From Folioceros fuciformis (taxonomy: Eukaryota): 64,000 nucleotides of DNA. This document shows, in pieces, positions 48,400 to 61,952 of the stretch. How positions within the stretch are numbered: position 1 is the stretch's first letter; every line of letters begins with the position of its first letter. Under the pieces are notes generated by a model. The model saw only the letters and a program-made list of their open reading frames with translations, had not been told where the DNA came from and did not search any database. A program made the translations under genes and the position numbers. The stretch lies in NCBI GenBank assembly GCA_049999805.1, contig JBNGIO010006348.1, positions 448,837-512,836 of the forward strand, written 5' to 3'.

Positions 48400-51300
48400 T
48401 CAGCAATTGGAGTATTGACACTTATGGAATGATAATGCTCCACAAGTGCACAATTTCATAAAATCAGAGATATAGAGGGTCCTAGCCTAGAGGAAGATCC
48501 TTATGGTAATATTTATTGTGACAGCTAATCAAAATTGCCTATGTTTTCAACACACAAACCATAGTATATGAGCACCACTTTGAAACCAACGTAACAACGT
48601 CTAAAATAAATCGGGTATGTCCTCAAACCCTTCTTTAGCCTTTTTCTCCAGTCATATGGCATAGCACCACCCTCCAAAAATGTCGTCCAATGGAGGTTGA
48701 GGGTTTGAGAAGGTCAACAACTATTACTGCGCAAATTTAAACACTTTTGATTTATGAGGAAAGCAAACTTAGATATAAGATGCACCTGAAACATGATTTC
48801 CAAATCAACTTTTTTTGTTGTGCACTACAGTACCAAGGCACGCACAAGTGCACGCCCACCTACTTACATGCATGCAGCCTATCTAGCCAAAGGTCTTATC
48901 TTGCAAATTGCGGAGATTCTAGCCTTTCAATCACAAGGATAATAATGTCGTCCCTTGTCTGTGGTTGGTTTACCATTGGATTTGGCTCTTTAGGTTTGTC
49001 TGTGCGTAGGAGAATGTGTTTCAAGATGATCTTGGTCCGATGTTTCATCATCGCGGTGTCACTCTTGGCCCTTTGCACTTTCAGGTTCTTCTTGGTTGGA
49101 GATCTCTTTTCCTTTCCCCTTTGCCTTTTTTTTTGCATGCCCTTGTGTTTGACTGAGTTTAAGGAGGTCCATAGGAGCAGTCTTCCCATGCACCATTTGC
49201 AAAGTTTTTACAAACCTCTCACTTGCAATTTCTTGAGCAAAGAGTAGGGAATGCCCTCAATTATGGGGCTTCGTTGTCAACTCCTCCTCATCGGATGAGA
49301 AAACATCATGGCTCGTTATTCTTTGCTCAATGAAGATGGTATGGCATTGCTCATGGTCAACGACAATACAATTTTGCCTCTCTAGGAGGGCTGCAAGAAC
49401 CTCATTACCACTGCCTTAATATCCATCTCTAATCCATTCACCTCAGTCACTAAATAGTCCACAAAGAAGCACAATTAATCCCAGTGGCTTTTAATACGGA
49501 GTGACAACTCATTCGTCATTCAACACTTTCAGAAGTTTTTTTTGACAACGGCGTTATGCTTGATGATCCCTAGCATCGCTCCAATTTCTTTTACTGTGCT
49601 GTTGTAGAGGGCATTGCTTCTCTGCATATCTTCGTTCATTGGATGAACCCTATACCTTACTGTCATGAACTTGCAGTTCTCATATAGCCCATTCTCAACG
49701 CCGACATTGTTCTTCTCTTACACCATGGTGTACACGCCTCTCATTGGACACCGTTTCCGCAACCCCTCTCAAACACCAATCATCTAGTTTGGGCTGTGCA
49801 TGCATCCTACTTGAAAGGTTTGACAATTGGTGGCTTTAAAAAACCCTCCATTATCTTCTCCATGTCTTTGGTAGGAAGCTTCTATTTTCCGCATAGTTTC
49901 CCCTTGGAAAATCAAGTAGCTTGTACTCCCATTTGCTAAGGTAGGCTATGCCATCTCATGCAAATCACCAATAATCACTTGGTGCTTCACCTTTTGTTGG
50001 TTGCTTGGGACTTGGAATGTTAATAGCTTTCATCATTGTCCTCCTTCACTCGTTCCCGCTAACAAAAGGCCTTTCACTCGCTTCCAGTTAGTTGCTGCAT
50101 TTATGTGTTCTTTGAAGCTATCAAGAATTACCTTCTCCTTGTATTCCTCGGCCTGTCTCAACAAATAGAAGTGTGACTTGTAGGGGCTAGGAACAAAACT
50201 GGTGCACCCAAGCGCATGCCGCTCACTCACAACAATAGCTTTTAGTGAGATCACTTACAATATGGTTGCATATTGACTGGAATTTGGCTATGTCTTCATG
50301 ACTCGAGTGCTTTGGGTATTCCAGCTCCACTTCCACAAACGAGGTGCAGTGCAAACCGGAACAAAAGGCGGTTTATATGACATTCAACTTCTTTGCTCTT
50401 ATGATCCATGTCTTCATGCCGCTCACCTTGAGTTCTCCTTGGATGACTTTCTCTAGCACAAACATCATAATGCGGTCTCCTACTTCTCCAGGTTGCATGC
50501 CTTGGAAGACCCCCCATACTATCACATGCATAGGTTTTATAATCAGGTTTGGGTCTCTCACAACAGGCTCCACATCTACGTTCCCTCTTCTTGATTTGGC
50601 CCATTTGGTGGCCTTCTTCCTATTCCCTTGCTCGGGGAGTTTGCCCCGCTCCTATAAGCTGAATACTTTGTCAATCTTTTCACATACGGGAGGAGGCACA
50701 CTTGCAATACAAAGCATTGTTGTCTTCTAATCCACAAGGTGTTGCTTTTCATATGTATCCCTTGCGTCCCCGATTGCGTCCCCGATTACTCTGAGCATTT
50801 GGTACAAATTATACTTCCACATCATTGTTACAAGCGTCTCTTGTTCATTTGCAATTTTCAGCTCGTTGTAGATATGCCGAACTTGTTTGATGAATGACAT
50901 TTTTTTTCGGAAGTCTACCTTTACGTTGTGGTCTGTCGTTAAGTATCATTTCCCTTTAGGTTAGTTTTGCGTGTGTATCGGCCTCCATGTATTGGTAGTG
51001 AGAGTTCTCTAGGTCCTCTGCATATAGTCGCTAGAACGCATAGAAGCTATGGTTACCATCGAGTACTCCTATTGTATACTTTTGCTTTTTGAGCTCCTTA
51101 CAGTTGAAGTTAGTAACTGATGGGCACTCTTTTGGGTTAATCTTGCACAAGAAAGGCAAGACATTTTTCTACACATGCCCTTTCTTGATCTCCCGCAGTA
51201 GATGTTTTCCCCACAACTCATCAATAAGGTGTATTTGAGCATATTTAGTCAGGTAGTCTGCTGACCGAAGCATGTTGATGGTGACTATGTCCATATGTGG

Positions 51301-53880
51301 AATACAACGTTTCCGATGAGTTGATTCCCAAACTAGGTTGATAGGATCATTATGTTGCAATGCCCTACCAACCCTACTGTTATTCGTGAGGACTACCTTC
51401 GTAATCACTCTTCTAGTCGGAGCCTCTTTTTTCTGCTGTAGTACTCTTTTTCTTTCCTCCAACCTTATCCTTCTCTTTGCTCTTCCGCTGTATTGACAGA
51501 TTCGCAACTATCACTTTGGAGGGCATTGTCGTCTCCCGATGCCGCTCCAAATTCTTCTTCATTCAGCACCCTTGCTTCCTAGGCTTGGTTGGCCCTTTTC
51601 CCCAAAACATTTAAACTATGGAGCAAGTTGTCGGCAGTCACCTTCTTGTAGATATTGGATGATCACTTTGATCCTCCTTCGCTAACCATTTCTTGAAAGA
51701 CATTGTCAACTGCGATGGGAGCTTCTTTAGGCTCCTATGACTCTTTCACTTCACCATCTTTTGCCATGTCTTTGCTGTTTGCATTGTCGTAAAGAACTTC
51801 ATCTCTTCCCATGAGATACCCTTCGTCTCAATTTGCATCAAAGAATGAGCATGAGCATCTCCTCTGCCCATAGTTGACAATGGTTCTCGTGAGGTGGTTA
51901 CGAATTAACTACGCCAGAAAATTGCACTAAATTGTCGTTATGCGATCTTCGACCTTCTGCTTGTTCAGCCATTTTCGTCATGACAAGCTCAACAACAATC
52001 TCTTTACGAATGAAAGAGAGAGTTGTCTCATATGTTTGCAGGATAATCAACACCAATGATTAGCAGACTTGCGTTGCTATGAAGACATCAGAATGCTGAA
52101 CAAGACGTGCCAGGGTCCCCAGATGGGCCTGTTGCGCCCAAGTGCGCGCTAGGGGGTCCTAGCATGCCCAAGTGTATGCCAGGGGCTCCCATAGGGTCCC
52201 GGTAGAACCCATTGGGATGAAAATGGGACTATCCCACTTTATATAGTGTATGACCCACATTTCTCGGTGCTTGAAGTGGAGGGTCATGACTTTATTGCAG
52301 ACACTCAGAAGCAACCCTTGAATGATATAGATGTTGTTATAGATTTGAAGGCAAACCCAGAAGACCCCATTTTTGTTTTGAACAATATTGTTCACTTATT
52401 CCTAAACACTTTTGTAATAAATCAAGTGTAATAGCTGCATTTAAAAAAAAAGAAAAAGAGAGTTATCAATTCAAATAGAATCCACTTGAATAATGTGTGT
52501 TTGGTTTTATGTGTACGTAATGCTAGTGTGCCGGTATACTAGTACACTACCAAATAACATCCCCCAAATAAACCCTAGCATTTTGTTCATTGGACAAAGA
52601 TTAAATGACAACCCCTCGTTTTTAATGAAAATCAACATGCAACAATTTAATAAAGGCATGTTTACAATGACCTTTTTTAAAAATTTTGATAAAGTCCTAC
52701 TACCTAGTATAGATTAGGTTGTTTGCTGAATGTCCACTGTGATCTTTTTTTTTTAAATTTTGATAAAGTACACATAGTTGGTAAGTTGTTTGTTGGATAT
52801 AGCCCAAGAAGACCACAATAATATATAGTGTTATAATGTAGATCTAAGGCCTCTCAATAGCTATAGGTTTTACAATAAAGGCCAACAAGCGTAGTAACCT
52901 TTAACCTTAGCATCTATTATTCCTATCATTGTCATGAGCTTGTCAAACCAATGCACCAAACTCCTCATTGTCCTCACTCCAGGCATGTGCTATCCACAGC
53001 TTGAGGGCTCCATCTCCTACCTTCAATTGTCCCCACGTCCTCGCATAGTCTACAAATGTGCAGGAATGATCCTAGCTTAAAGATGCCTCAATGTCGAATG
53101 CCATCAAGGATAGCAAATAGAACCCCTTCCCTTTGATTGGAACATTGGTGGTCGTTGAAGGAGTTGTTGTGAACAACAGTCGAGTCTTGTCCTTGAAGAA
53201 ATTCACATCGTCAACCTTTTGTTTCACAAATGTCATCAACTCAACCCATCTGATTCCCGTTGATGTCAGCATCTCTTTCAAAGCATTCTAAGGACTCGTC
53301 CATAGAAGGCACCTCCGGAGGTCTCACAACAGCCCAACTCCCAAACATACAAATGCACTTCCCAAGTCCATTTCTGGTATTCAGCTTCCTCTTGAAGTGA
53401 AACTTTAAGATCCCAGCAATGTGGTCATGCCAGTTGGAGTCCAATTGCCATTTTTCTTCCACATTGTAGTACATTTTGCTCCACCTCAACAATGAATTTT
53501 TGTGCATCCAAAAAAGCTGCCCAAAACATTTTCTCAGTCAACATTTCGAAGAGAAGCACAATCACCCTCTTTGGCTATATTTCCTACAGTGCTTGTACTA
53601 CTTTATGCATGAACAACACAAGCTCCTTCCCTAGTCCCAAGCATTCCCAAGCCAAGCCTTTCATCACAAGCTGCCCAAACATAATGTAGCATTGTACTTA
53701 GTTTCTCCGCTTGGAGGACGGACCAAGGACTCCCTCCTCACAACTACTTGTGCCTCCTCATAGCTCCATGCCAAACCAAAGAGTTCCATGTTGATCTTTG
53801 GTAGATAGAATTTTCCATCTCCTTTCCAAAATAAATATGTAAAAATATTTCATGGTCGAGAAGAGAATGCCTTCAAATTA
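48400..53880 (-). mobile_element. AT-rich degenerate transposon/pseudogene-like sequence of unidentified family
   Basis: Stop-interrupted, Lys-rich minus-strand reading-frame remnants, CpG-poor, no coherent exon structure and no domain recognised. Confidence 0.4.
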
Positions 53881-54966
53881 CTTTAGGGATTTGTGGTGTG
53901 TATCTCACGCCTTCATCCCTTTTCCTTGTTTGTTCCTTGGCCTGTATATTTACGTATATTACCGTTTGCCAGAGGCGTGACGATGTTGACGAGCTGCACG
54001 CGAGGTCCAGTGCCATCGGTGCGCCGCGTACGCCACTTCATGGTGTTGTATGCAACGTATCGCACAATTCGACAAAACGACTTTAACGGCTTCCGGAGGC
54101 TCCCACCAAAGTGGCGTGACGTCTTCACTTTCCGGTGTTCCCCACATACTGGATACCACCTAGTTAGCATGACTTAGGTTTGAAGCGGCGGGAGAAAGCA
54201 AGTGGACCAGGTTCCACCGTCCTGGGTTCCAACGGCTTTCCAACCTGCGCGTGTCAGGTGTCGCGAGCTTGCGGCCCATCCCGCGCTGTTCCGTCCGTCT
54301 TCACGACCGGCCTCGGATGTATGTCCTCCCACCGGTCGCCGACTCCCGCCTCCTGTGACATCGCCGGCCGCCTGTCGGCTGTCGGAATACGGACTCTTGA
54401 GGAATTCGATTCTCATTCACGATCGTGATCCACCCAGACCAAACACACCGATGCGAGCACGGCTTCCCCGCTCGTCTCCACACGATCGGCCTGGAGTCCT
54501 GGAAGCTGGGTCCCTGGACGATCGTCACGACGCACGGACAGGGATCGACCTCATCGCGTGCCTGGGTGTGTGCCAGAATCACTGCTGATACCCGTCATTG
54601 CGTTACGTCGCTTTCCCGGTATAGCGGTTGCTTCTGCTCCGGGACTGTACATTCCAGCTTTGAATTGACCAACTACCGGAGAACGACGTCGCCGGCTGTA
54701 GCTGTGGCCATTATTCCCGCCCGCCAGCCAGGGGCGCAAGTCATTAAGAAGTTGGACGATCCGAGCTTCCAAGGAATTGCAGCATGCTGGTCTGAGGTCC
54801 TGACCAGGTCCCCCGTCGGGATCCGGAGACCGAGTCGGGAAAGGAATAATCCTTGTCCGGGTGCCGTCGATCCTGGTCTCGGGCTTCTGAGACCTGGGCT
54901 GTGGCCGGGAAGGCGATGGCGAGGTCTGTACGCGGTCGATTCATTTGTTGGTTGGGCTTGAAGAAT

Positions 54967-57128
54967 ATGGTAGCATACCAGCGAGGCCCTGACGTCTTGG
55001 GTTGCTTTCTTGGCTTGCACAGGTGGAGCCGGAGCTTGAGCTTGAGCTCGAGCTGGGTTGTTGAAATATTGGTTGTGGGTTTGGTGTTGATTCAATTTGG
55101 TCCATCCGGGACGACGGCTTGTGGGAATGGGACGTGCCAGGTTCGTGCGAATTTGGAAGATGGTCCGTGATTTGGTGAAAGTTTATTTTGTCGCAGGCAT
55201 GCCTTCTGCAAGTCTGCGCTGTCAGCGAGAAAGTTGCAGATTGAAGCTCCAAGAAACCCATGTTCTTGCCGATGGTGTCGCAGATCTTGGATTTTTGCCT
55301 CGGAGATGCGGACTGTGCGCAAGGACTGGGATGTAAGACCTGCCTTTTGGGAGGTGATGTTCTGCCTAAATGTTTCAGAACTCGGGCTTCTTCGGCGACC
55401 GCCAAGGTATTTCTGTGCCTCGCACGTGATGTCGATACATGCAGGATGCAACCTGATTAGAGTAGCACGGTGCGATCACAGGGGAACTTTGGTCTATCGT
55501 GAGCAGAGAAAGGCAGCAGCAGTATTCTTAGAAATCAATTCTAGCTATCTGGCTAGCGATCATGTGTTGAGCAAAAACTGAGGCCGTGGCATCTTTGCAG
55601 GACGACTCCCTGCCGTTCAACAAGTACGCATGGCTTACAACCCACAATTCCTTCTCATGGACGGGCGCCCCTCTGCTGACAGGGCCCCGGGCCACTGCTC
55701 TCAACCAGGAGGATTCCATCGCAGATCAGCTCCAAGTGAGCTCCATATAACTTACTGATCTATTATCGTGAAGACGTAGTCTTGTACGCTCCTTTCTGTG
55801 GTGTTGTCAGTTTCTGGTGCGCTGGCCCTAATGCAATCCTTGCAGAACGGTGTGAGGGGCTTGATGCTGGACACCTATGATTTTCTTGGAGATATCTGGT
55901 TGTGTCATTCCTTTGGAGGTGTCTGCTATAACTTCACATCCTTCGTAAGTCACTCAATGGCTCACGCCTGGTGAATGCTTACGTATTCTCTTCACCTCGG
56001 TCATATATGCGTGACATCCAGAGCATTGCAAACTGGCTCAAAGATCGTGTTATACTGTGGCATGCATTTAGGAGCCCTTGCGGAACACTCTGGAGGTCAT
56101 CCAATCATTCCTGGCGGCAAACCCCACTGAAATCATCACCCTTATTCTGGAGGACTACGTTCAGAGCTCCAATGGACTATCCAACTTGTTCAAGGCGACG
56201 GGGCTTGACGAATACTGGTTCCCCGTTGCATCCATGCCTCAAGATGGAGAGGACTGGCCTACGGTCAGACAGATGGTCGCCAACAACTGGAGATTGCTTG
56301 TCTTCACCTCCGCATCATCCAAAGAGGCTAGTGAGGGCATTCCCTTCGAGTGGAAGTATCTGGTGGAAAATCAATGTACGAACTCTAAGCTTCTCCACCT
56401 ACTCTCTGCTACTGCTCTTCGGATGGCCGCATTCGTGCAGGGCCTGCTGACTAATGCTGCCCATACCTTGCAGACGGTGATGGTGGAATTGTGGATGGCC
56501 AGTGCCCCAAGCGGGATGAATCTGCTGCCTTGGACGATAGAAGCAGATCTCTAGTTCTGGAAAACAACTTCCCGACCGAGCCGAACCTCGCCACAGCATG
56601 CGAGCAAAACTCCAACTCTCTGATGAAGATGCTGTCCACATGCAGCGCCGCAGCGGGCAACCGCTGGGCCAACTTCCTGGCAGTAGACTTCTACAAGGTA
56701 GTACACATACACCTGCCCTCACAACCCTCCAAACTGCAGCAGTATCTACTCAATCAATCAATCCAGGTCCTTGATGCCTACAACCCATTCTTTTGTGCAG
56801 CAAAGTGAAGGAGGCGGAGCATTCAACGCGGTCGACTACCTGAACGGGCAGATCCGTTGCGGTTGCACCAACCCCGACCTCTGCCAGGTACCCGTGTAAA
56901 CCTTGGCTTGTTTTGGCTTCTGATGATGAATCCTGTCCTTGAAACACTGCCACATTCTAAACACCCAATCTTCTCTGTTTCGTGCAGCCTGGATATCCCA
57001 CCGGCCTGTGTTCCAACTATACAACTTCAGTGCCACGTCTCGATTTTGGACCCTCGTCCGCTCTCGTACCTGTAGCGCTGCTGATTCCCTTCCTGCCAAT
57101 CCTCACCGCGGCTATAATCTTCCTGTAG
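54967..57128 (+). CDS. PI-PLC X-domain-containing protein (At5g67130-like), secreted, probably GPI-anchored
   Basis: Hydrophobic signal, then ACGNGTCQ|ILDFCLGDADCAQGLGC, LPFNKYAWLTTHNSFS, NGVRGLMLDTYDF, EIITLILEDYV, NFLAVDFYK, and a hydrophobic C-terminus VALLIPFLPILTAAIIFL*. Confidence 0.88.
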
Positions 57129-57341
57129 CATCGCGAGGTAGACATGAAACTCCCCCTTCGCAATGCAGGACAACACGAAAAATGGGCATTTTCCCTTCAT
57201 CTTGTTTATAAACACCGTAAGAGCACCATGCTTTGCACATTACTTTTCCCGGCAGGTTCTTCAAGAATCTGCGATCGCAAATCTGGAGGTTCACGAGTCT
57301 CTCAAAAGAGCAAGAGCAGACACATTCGCGTCCATCCAATC

Positions 57342-58616
57342 ATGGGCTGCAAAACATCCCTAGCGACTGTTGGAAGGCAGCTGGCAAAGAAGACTGAATT
57401 GGGACGCACGCACGGAACAGGCGCGAGCTTCTGCAGTAGTGGAGGCACGGAGAAAGCAGACTGTGTAGTGGTGGGAGCTGGAGTTGTGGGCTTGGCTGTG
57501 GCCCGCCTCATGGCCATGCGAGGCAGGGACGTCCTAGTGCTGGAAGCAGCCCCGAGCATCGGCACCGGCACCAGCTCTCGCAGCAGTGAGGTCATCCATG
57601 CCGGGATATACTACCCTCCAGGCTCCCTCAAGGCCAGACTGTGCGTGGAAGGAAGCCAGGCCATGTACGCCTACTGCCAAGAGCATGGAGTCCCACACAA
57701 GCGCCTCGGCAAGTTGATTGTTGCAACATCCCAGGAGCAAGTCCAGGTCCTGGAGAGACTTCTCAGGACGGGGCAGCAGAACGGGGCGGCGGGCCTGGAG
57801 ATGGTGGGTGCCTCGGCTGCCACGAAGATGGAGCCTGAGCTCCGTTGCGTCCAGGCCTTGTGGTCACCCAACACCGGGATTGTTGACAGCCACGCCCTGA
57901 TGCTGGCCTTCCAGGGAGATGCCGAACGTCTGGGGGCTTCCATCGCTCTCAATTGTGCTGTTGTGGGAGGCAAGGCCAGTCCGGAGGGAATACTACTGCG
58001 GGTGTGCGATACCCTAGCGTTCAAGCTCTCGTCCCCATCATCCTGTCCTCATTTCACTCTATCTGCCAGGACTGTCATCAACTCTGCAGGCTTGCATGCA
58101 CAATCCCTGGCCAAGGCCATCCAGGGAGTCCCTCCTGATTCCATCCCGAACCGCAATTACGCTCGAGGATGCTACTTCAGCCTGACCGGAGCGAGAAGAC
58201 CTCCCTTCTCTCGGCTCATCTACCCGGTCCCCGAAGAAGGCGGGATCGGAGTGCACGTCACCATGGACATGGCTGGGCAGACAAGGTTTGGTCCAGATGT
58301 GGACTGGCTTCCCAGCCCTCCCGACGATGCTGGCAACGTCGAGCAGTTTGACTACTCTGTTGATCCCTCCAGAGCTGAGAGATTCTACGGTGAGATTAGG
58401 AAATACTACCCAGCTCTTCCCAACAGTTGCCTGGTTCCCGACTACGCCGGCATCCGGCCCAAGCTCTCCGGGCCTGGGCAGGGAGCTTCGGATTTCGTAC
58501 TGCAGGCATCCGATGTGCACAAAATTCCTGGGTTGGTGCAACTGTATGGCATCGAGTCTCCAGGCCTGACCGCGTCCTTGGCGATAGCAAGGATTGTAGC
58601 TCAACTTCTGCAGTGA
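57342..58616 (+). CDS. L2HGDH: L-2-hydroxyglutarate dehydrogenase (FAD-dependent), intronless
   Basis: VVVGAGVVGLAVAR, TSSRSSEVIHAGIYYPPGSLKARLCVEG, GVHVTMDMAG..RFGPD, DYAGIRPKL, GIESPGLTASLAIA. The ORF is open back to 57144, so the start is uncertain. Confidence 0.93.
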   Translation: MGCKTSLATVGRQLAKKTELGRTHGTGASFCSSGGTEKADCVVVGAGVVGLAVARLMAMRGRDVLVLEAAPSIGTGTSSRSSEVIHAGIYYPPGSLKARLCVEGSQAMYAYCQEHGVPHKRLGKLIVATSQEQVQVLERLLRTGQQNGAAGLEMVGASAATKMEPELRCVQALWSPNTGIVDSHALMLAFQGDAERLGASIALNCAVVGGKASPEGILLRVCDTLAFKLSSPSSCPHFTLSARTVINSAGLHAQSLAKAIQGVPPDSIPNRNYARGCYFSLTGARRPPFSRLIYPVPEEGGIGVHVTMDMAGQTRFGPDVDWLPSPPDDAGNVEQFDYSVDPSRAERFYGEIRKYYPALPNSCLVPDYAGIRPKLSGPGQGASDFVLQASDVHKIPGLVQLYGIESPGLTASLAIARIVAQLLQ

Positions 58617-59278
58617 CCTATTCCTTCATCAATTTTGCTCCCAACCGCATATGCCGAGAGCACGCAGACACCTGAAGGAAGCGAACAGGTCCCACGTTCC
58701 GAACACGTCGCCCATGATTGCAGCTCCTTGTCCCAGGTTCCACAAGGTTCCAAGCAGAGCGAGGACACTTTTCTGACTCCGAGTTCAAACCAAAGATGAG
58801 TCTGTGGCCCAACTCGGGTTGCCACGGCACTCAAGTCCGACGGAGGATCGGCTGAGCACCCGGCACACCGACGGTCTTCGGGTGGACTTCCTCGATTCGA
58901 GCAACGAGTTGTGAGCACGATAGATGTGCCCAGGTTTTAAAAATTTAATTCTCAGGTGGGATCCGGGCTTCCGGGCGTGACGACAGCAACCGGCGTGGGG
59001 GAGCAGGGCTGAGCAGATCGGTGGCTTTCCTGTACTCGTTTTACACTTAGGCGTCCTCTACTGTGGAGATCTGCAAGAGCATGTTCACCAGCTGCGAGTA
59101 GAGGTCCATCCTGTGCTTCAGCTCGGTGGCGTGGGTGTGTGACGTTGCTGGAACTCGGGTGTCGATTTTTCGGTGATCGGAGGACTCAGTCCTGTCACGG
59201 GCTTTCGATCCTCGGTTTGGTCTCGGAGCTTCAGGTCTAGAGAAATATTCTTGTTGAGAGGCAACATTTTATGAAACA

Positions 59279-61952
59279 ATGGCGCGAGGTAGTGGAAAGG
59301 CGGTTGCTGTTATCATGATTGGGGGACCTACAAAAGGTGCGAACAGAGGATTGGTATTGCAGCAGGCTTTTGTTGACAGTTGATTGATTTCAGCATTGAG
59401 CTTGGACTTTGATTTCATCTGCTGATGCACATCCGTGGATGAATGCTGGGGTGTGCAAGCCTGTGCCAGAAGTTTGCCAATATTAATTGCCGTGTTTTTC
59501 TCCAGCTACATTTGCTCAGAAGCAGGATTTGCCTTTCTGCTTTGTGCAGGCACACGGTTTCGACCCCTTTCTCTCAACCTTGCCAAACCGCTTTTTCCGC
59601 TTGCTGGTCGACCCATGGTGCACCACCCCGTGCTTGCGTGCAAAAACGTACGTTTCCTTTCGGGTATCTGTCTCACAGTTCGTTGGGAGAGAGTGTTGAA
59701 CTGGCAGAGCGATGACTGTGTCCTCCCCCTTTCAGATCCCCAACTTGGTGCACGTTTTCCTCTTAGGGTTCTACGAGGAGAAGGAGTTTGCACAATACGT
59801 CTCAGCCCTTTCCAATGAGCTGCGGCTACCAGTGAGGTGATGGGTTGGAAACAGTGGAAAGCCCTACATGAATTTTTTTTTGTTTGCACATGTCATGTGC
59901 TCTGACATGTATGCGGTTGGCGTCAGGTACTTGCGTGAGGATAGACCAGATGGTTCAGCTGGTGGTCTTTACAAATTCAAAGATCTGATCTTGGAAGACG
60001 ATCCCGTAAGCTTTCATTCTAGCTAGCACGTACTGGCGTTATCTTCTGTAGCGAGCCAGCTGCCTAAGTTTGTGGTGGAAGCAGTTTATGGCAGCTTGCC
60101 TGAAGACCCGTCGGTTATGCTGTGCAGGAGCACATCATTGTTCTGAATTGTGACGTCTGCTGCAGTTTCCCCTTGGCAGACTTGCTTGGTATGTCTTTGT
60201 GGGTTAGCACGGTAGGGCATGGCAAAACATTGGCGTAGATGTGGCGTTGTAGCACGTCTAATCAACACGGCTGTTTCAACAGTGGCACACCGGAAACATG
60301 GGGGCATGGGGACTTTGTTGATAAAGAAGGTCAGTAGCGGCAGGAGCATGTTTCTTTTCGCTCAAGGTGGAGATGAGTGCCTGCTTGCGGCATATTCGCA
60401 CTGGATGATAGTCGTATTTCCCCTGTTCTCTCCCCCGTCGACTGAATCTATCCTTTGCAGGTGTCAGCGGATATAGCAAAAGACTTTGGGGAGCTAGTTC
60501 CTGACCCTGAAACTTGGGAGCTCCTTCATTACACGGAGAAACCAGAGACTCATGTAAGGCATCATGTTCGGGAGGTCCCTTTCTTGTTCATCGTGCTACA
60601 AAACCATGAAGACAACTTTTTGGTACTGCTGTAGGTGAGTGACTACATCAATTGTGGGGTATACATATTTACTCCTGACATCTTCATGGCTATAAGTGAG
60701 GTGGAGAGCTCTCGGAAGACCAAAGGTTAGTCCATCCCTGACGTTGAATCGCAGTGAAAGCCTCAGGATTCCTGATCATTCCCTTCCTCTTTCCATGCAG
60801 CAACTCTGCAACGTGTCTCCAGCTTTGAGGCTCTCCAATCAGCCACGAAGTAAGTGGGATAACTGATTGACAATTAGGTCAAGGTTTTTCTCCAACATGA
60901 CCAAGGGATCTGCTCAATGGTCCCAATGCAGGACAATTCCCACAGGATTTATAAGGCTTGACCAGGACATCCTGACACCGCTCGCTGGCAAAGGAAAACT
61001 CTTCACTTTCCAAACACCGGATTTTTGGGAGCAGATCAAGACCCCAGGGTAAACAGCTCCCGCATTAATCCTTCCTTGTGACTGAACTTCACCTATCGTA
61101 TGCTCCCCTCTAACTCTAAGGCAACTGTTTTCTTCGTACCAGCATGTCCTTGAAGTGTTCTTCCCTGTACTTGGCTCAATATCGACGTGACACACCTGAC
61201 CTCTTGGCCAAAAACGATGATGCAACAATAGTTGGAGACGTATACATCCACCCATCGGCAAAGGTTCATCCGACTTCAAAAGTAAGTCCGTCTCTCTGGT
61301 TCTCTCTCCCAGTGGGCTCCTGCAGGGAGCTTCTCGTGGTACCGCTCCACTCAATCTAACAAGACAGCTATCACCAGATTGGACCGAACGTGTCCATCTC
61401 TGCCAACGTTCGAATCGGTCCAGGAGTAAGACTAGTGAGCTGCATCGTTTTGGACGAAGTCGAGGTGAAGGTGAGCACCATAACACTCCACCCATGTCCG
61501 GGTGCTCAGTATGGCATGTTGGCAATTTTGAGTTCTAGCCTAACATCCTGTGTACCACAGGACCATGCCATTGTCATGCATGCCATCGTTGGGTGGAAAT
61601 CTTCTATTGGGCGCTGGTCACGAGTGCAGGCAAGTTCAGGCCCTTCTTCACACTTCTGCCTTGCTACCCATCGAGATTTCGTTCTCCTGTGTACTTGGCC
61701 GACCCATCACGTTCTCATTGATTGACACTTGCAGGGGGAAGGCGACTACACGGGCAAGCTGGGGATCACAATTTTGGGTTAGTTGCGTATCTCGAATATC
61801 CCATATCCCATGACTTCGTACCGTCACTAATCAGAATCTGTCTGTGTTCAGGCGAGGATGTCACCGTTGAAGATGAGGTGGTGGTAGTCAACAGCATTGT
61901 TCTGCCCCACAAGCTTTTGAACCAGAGCGTGCAGAAAGAGATCATCTTATAG
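59279..61952 (+). CDS. KJC1: Mannose-1-phosphate guanylyltransferase alpha / KONJAC-like (GMPPA)
   Basis: [57 protein letters not shown], hexapeptide repeats and the VLPHK..QKEIIL* end. Confidence 0.92.

Noticed and set aside
54170-54960. Overlapping GC-rich ORFs upstream of the PI-PLC gene
   Set aside because: CpG-rich promoter/5' UTR sequence gives spurious ORFs; no conserved motifs.
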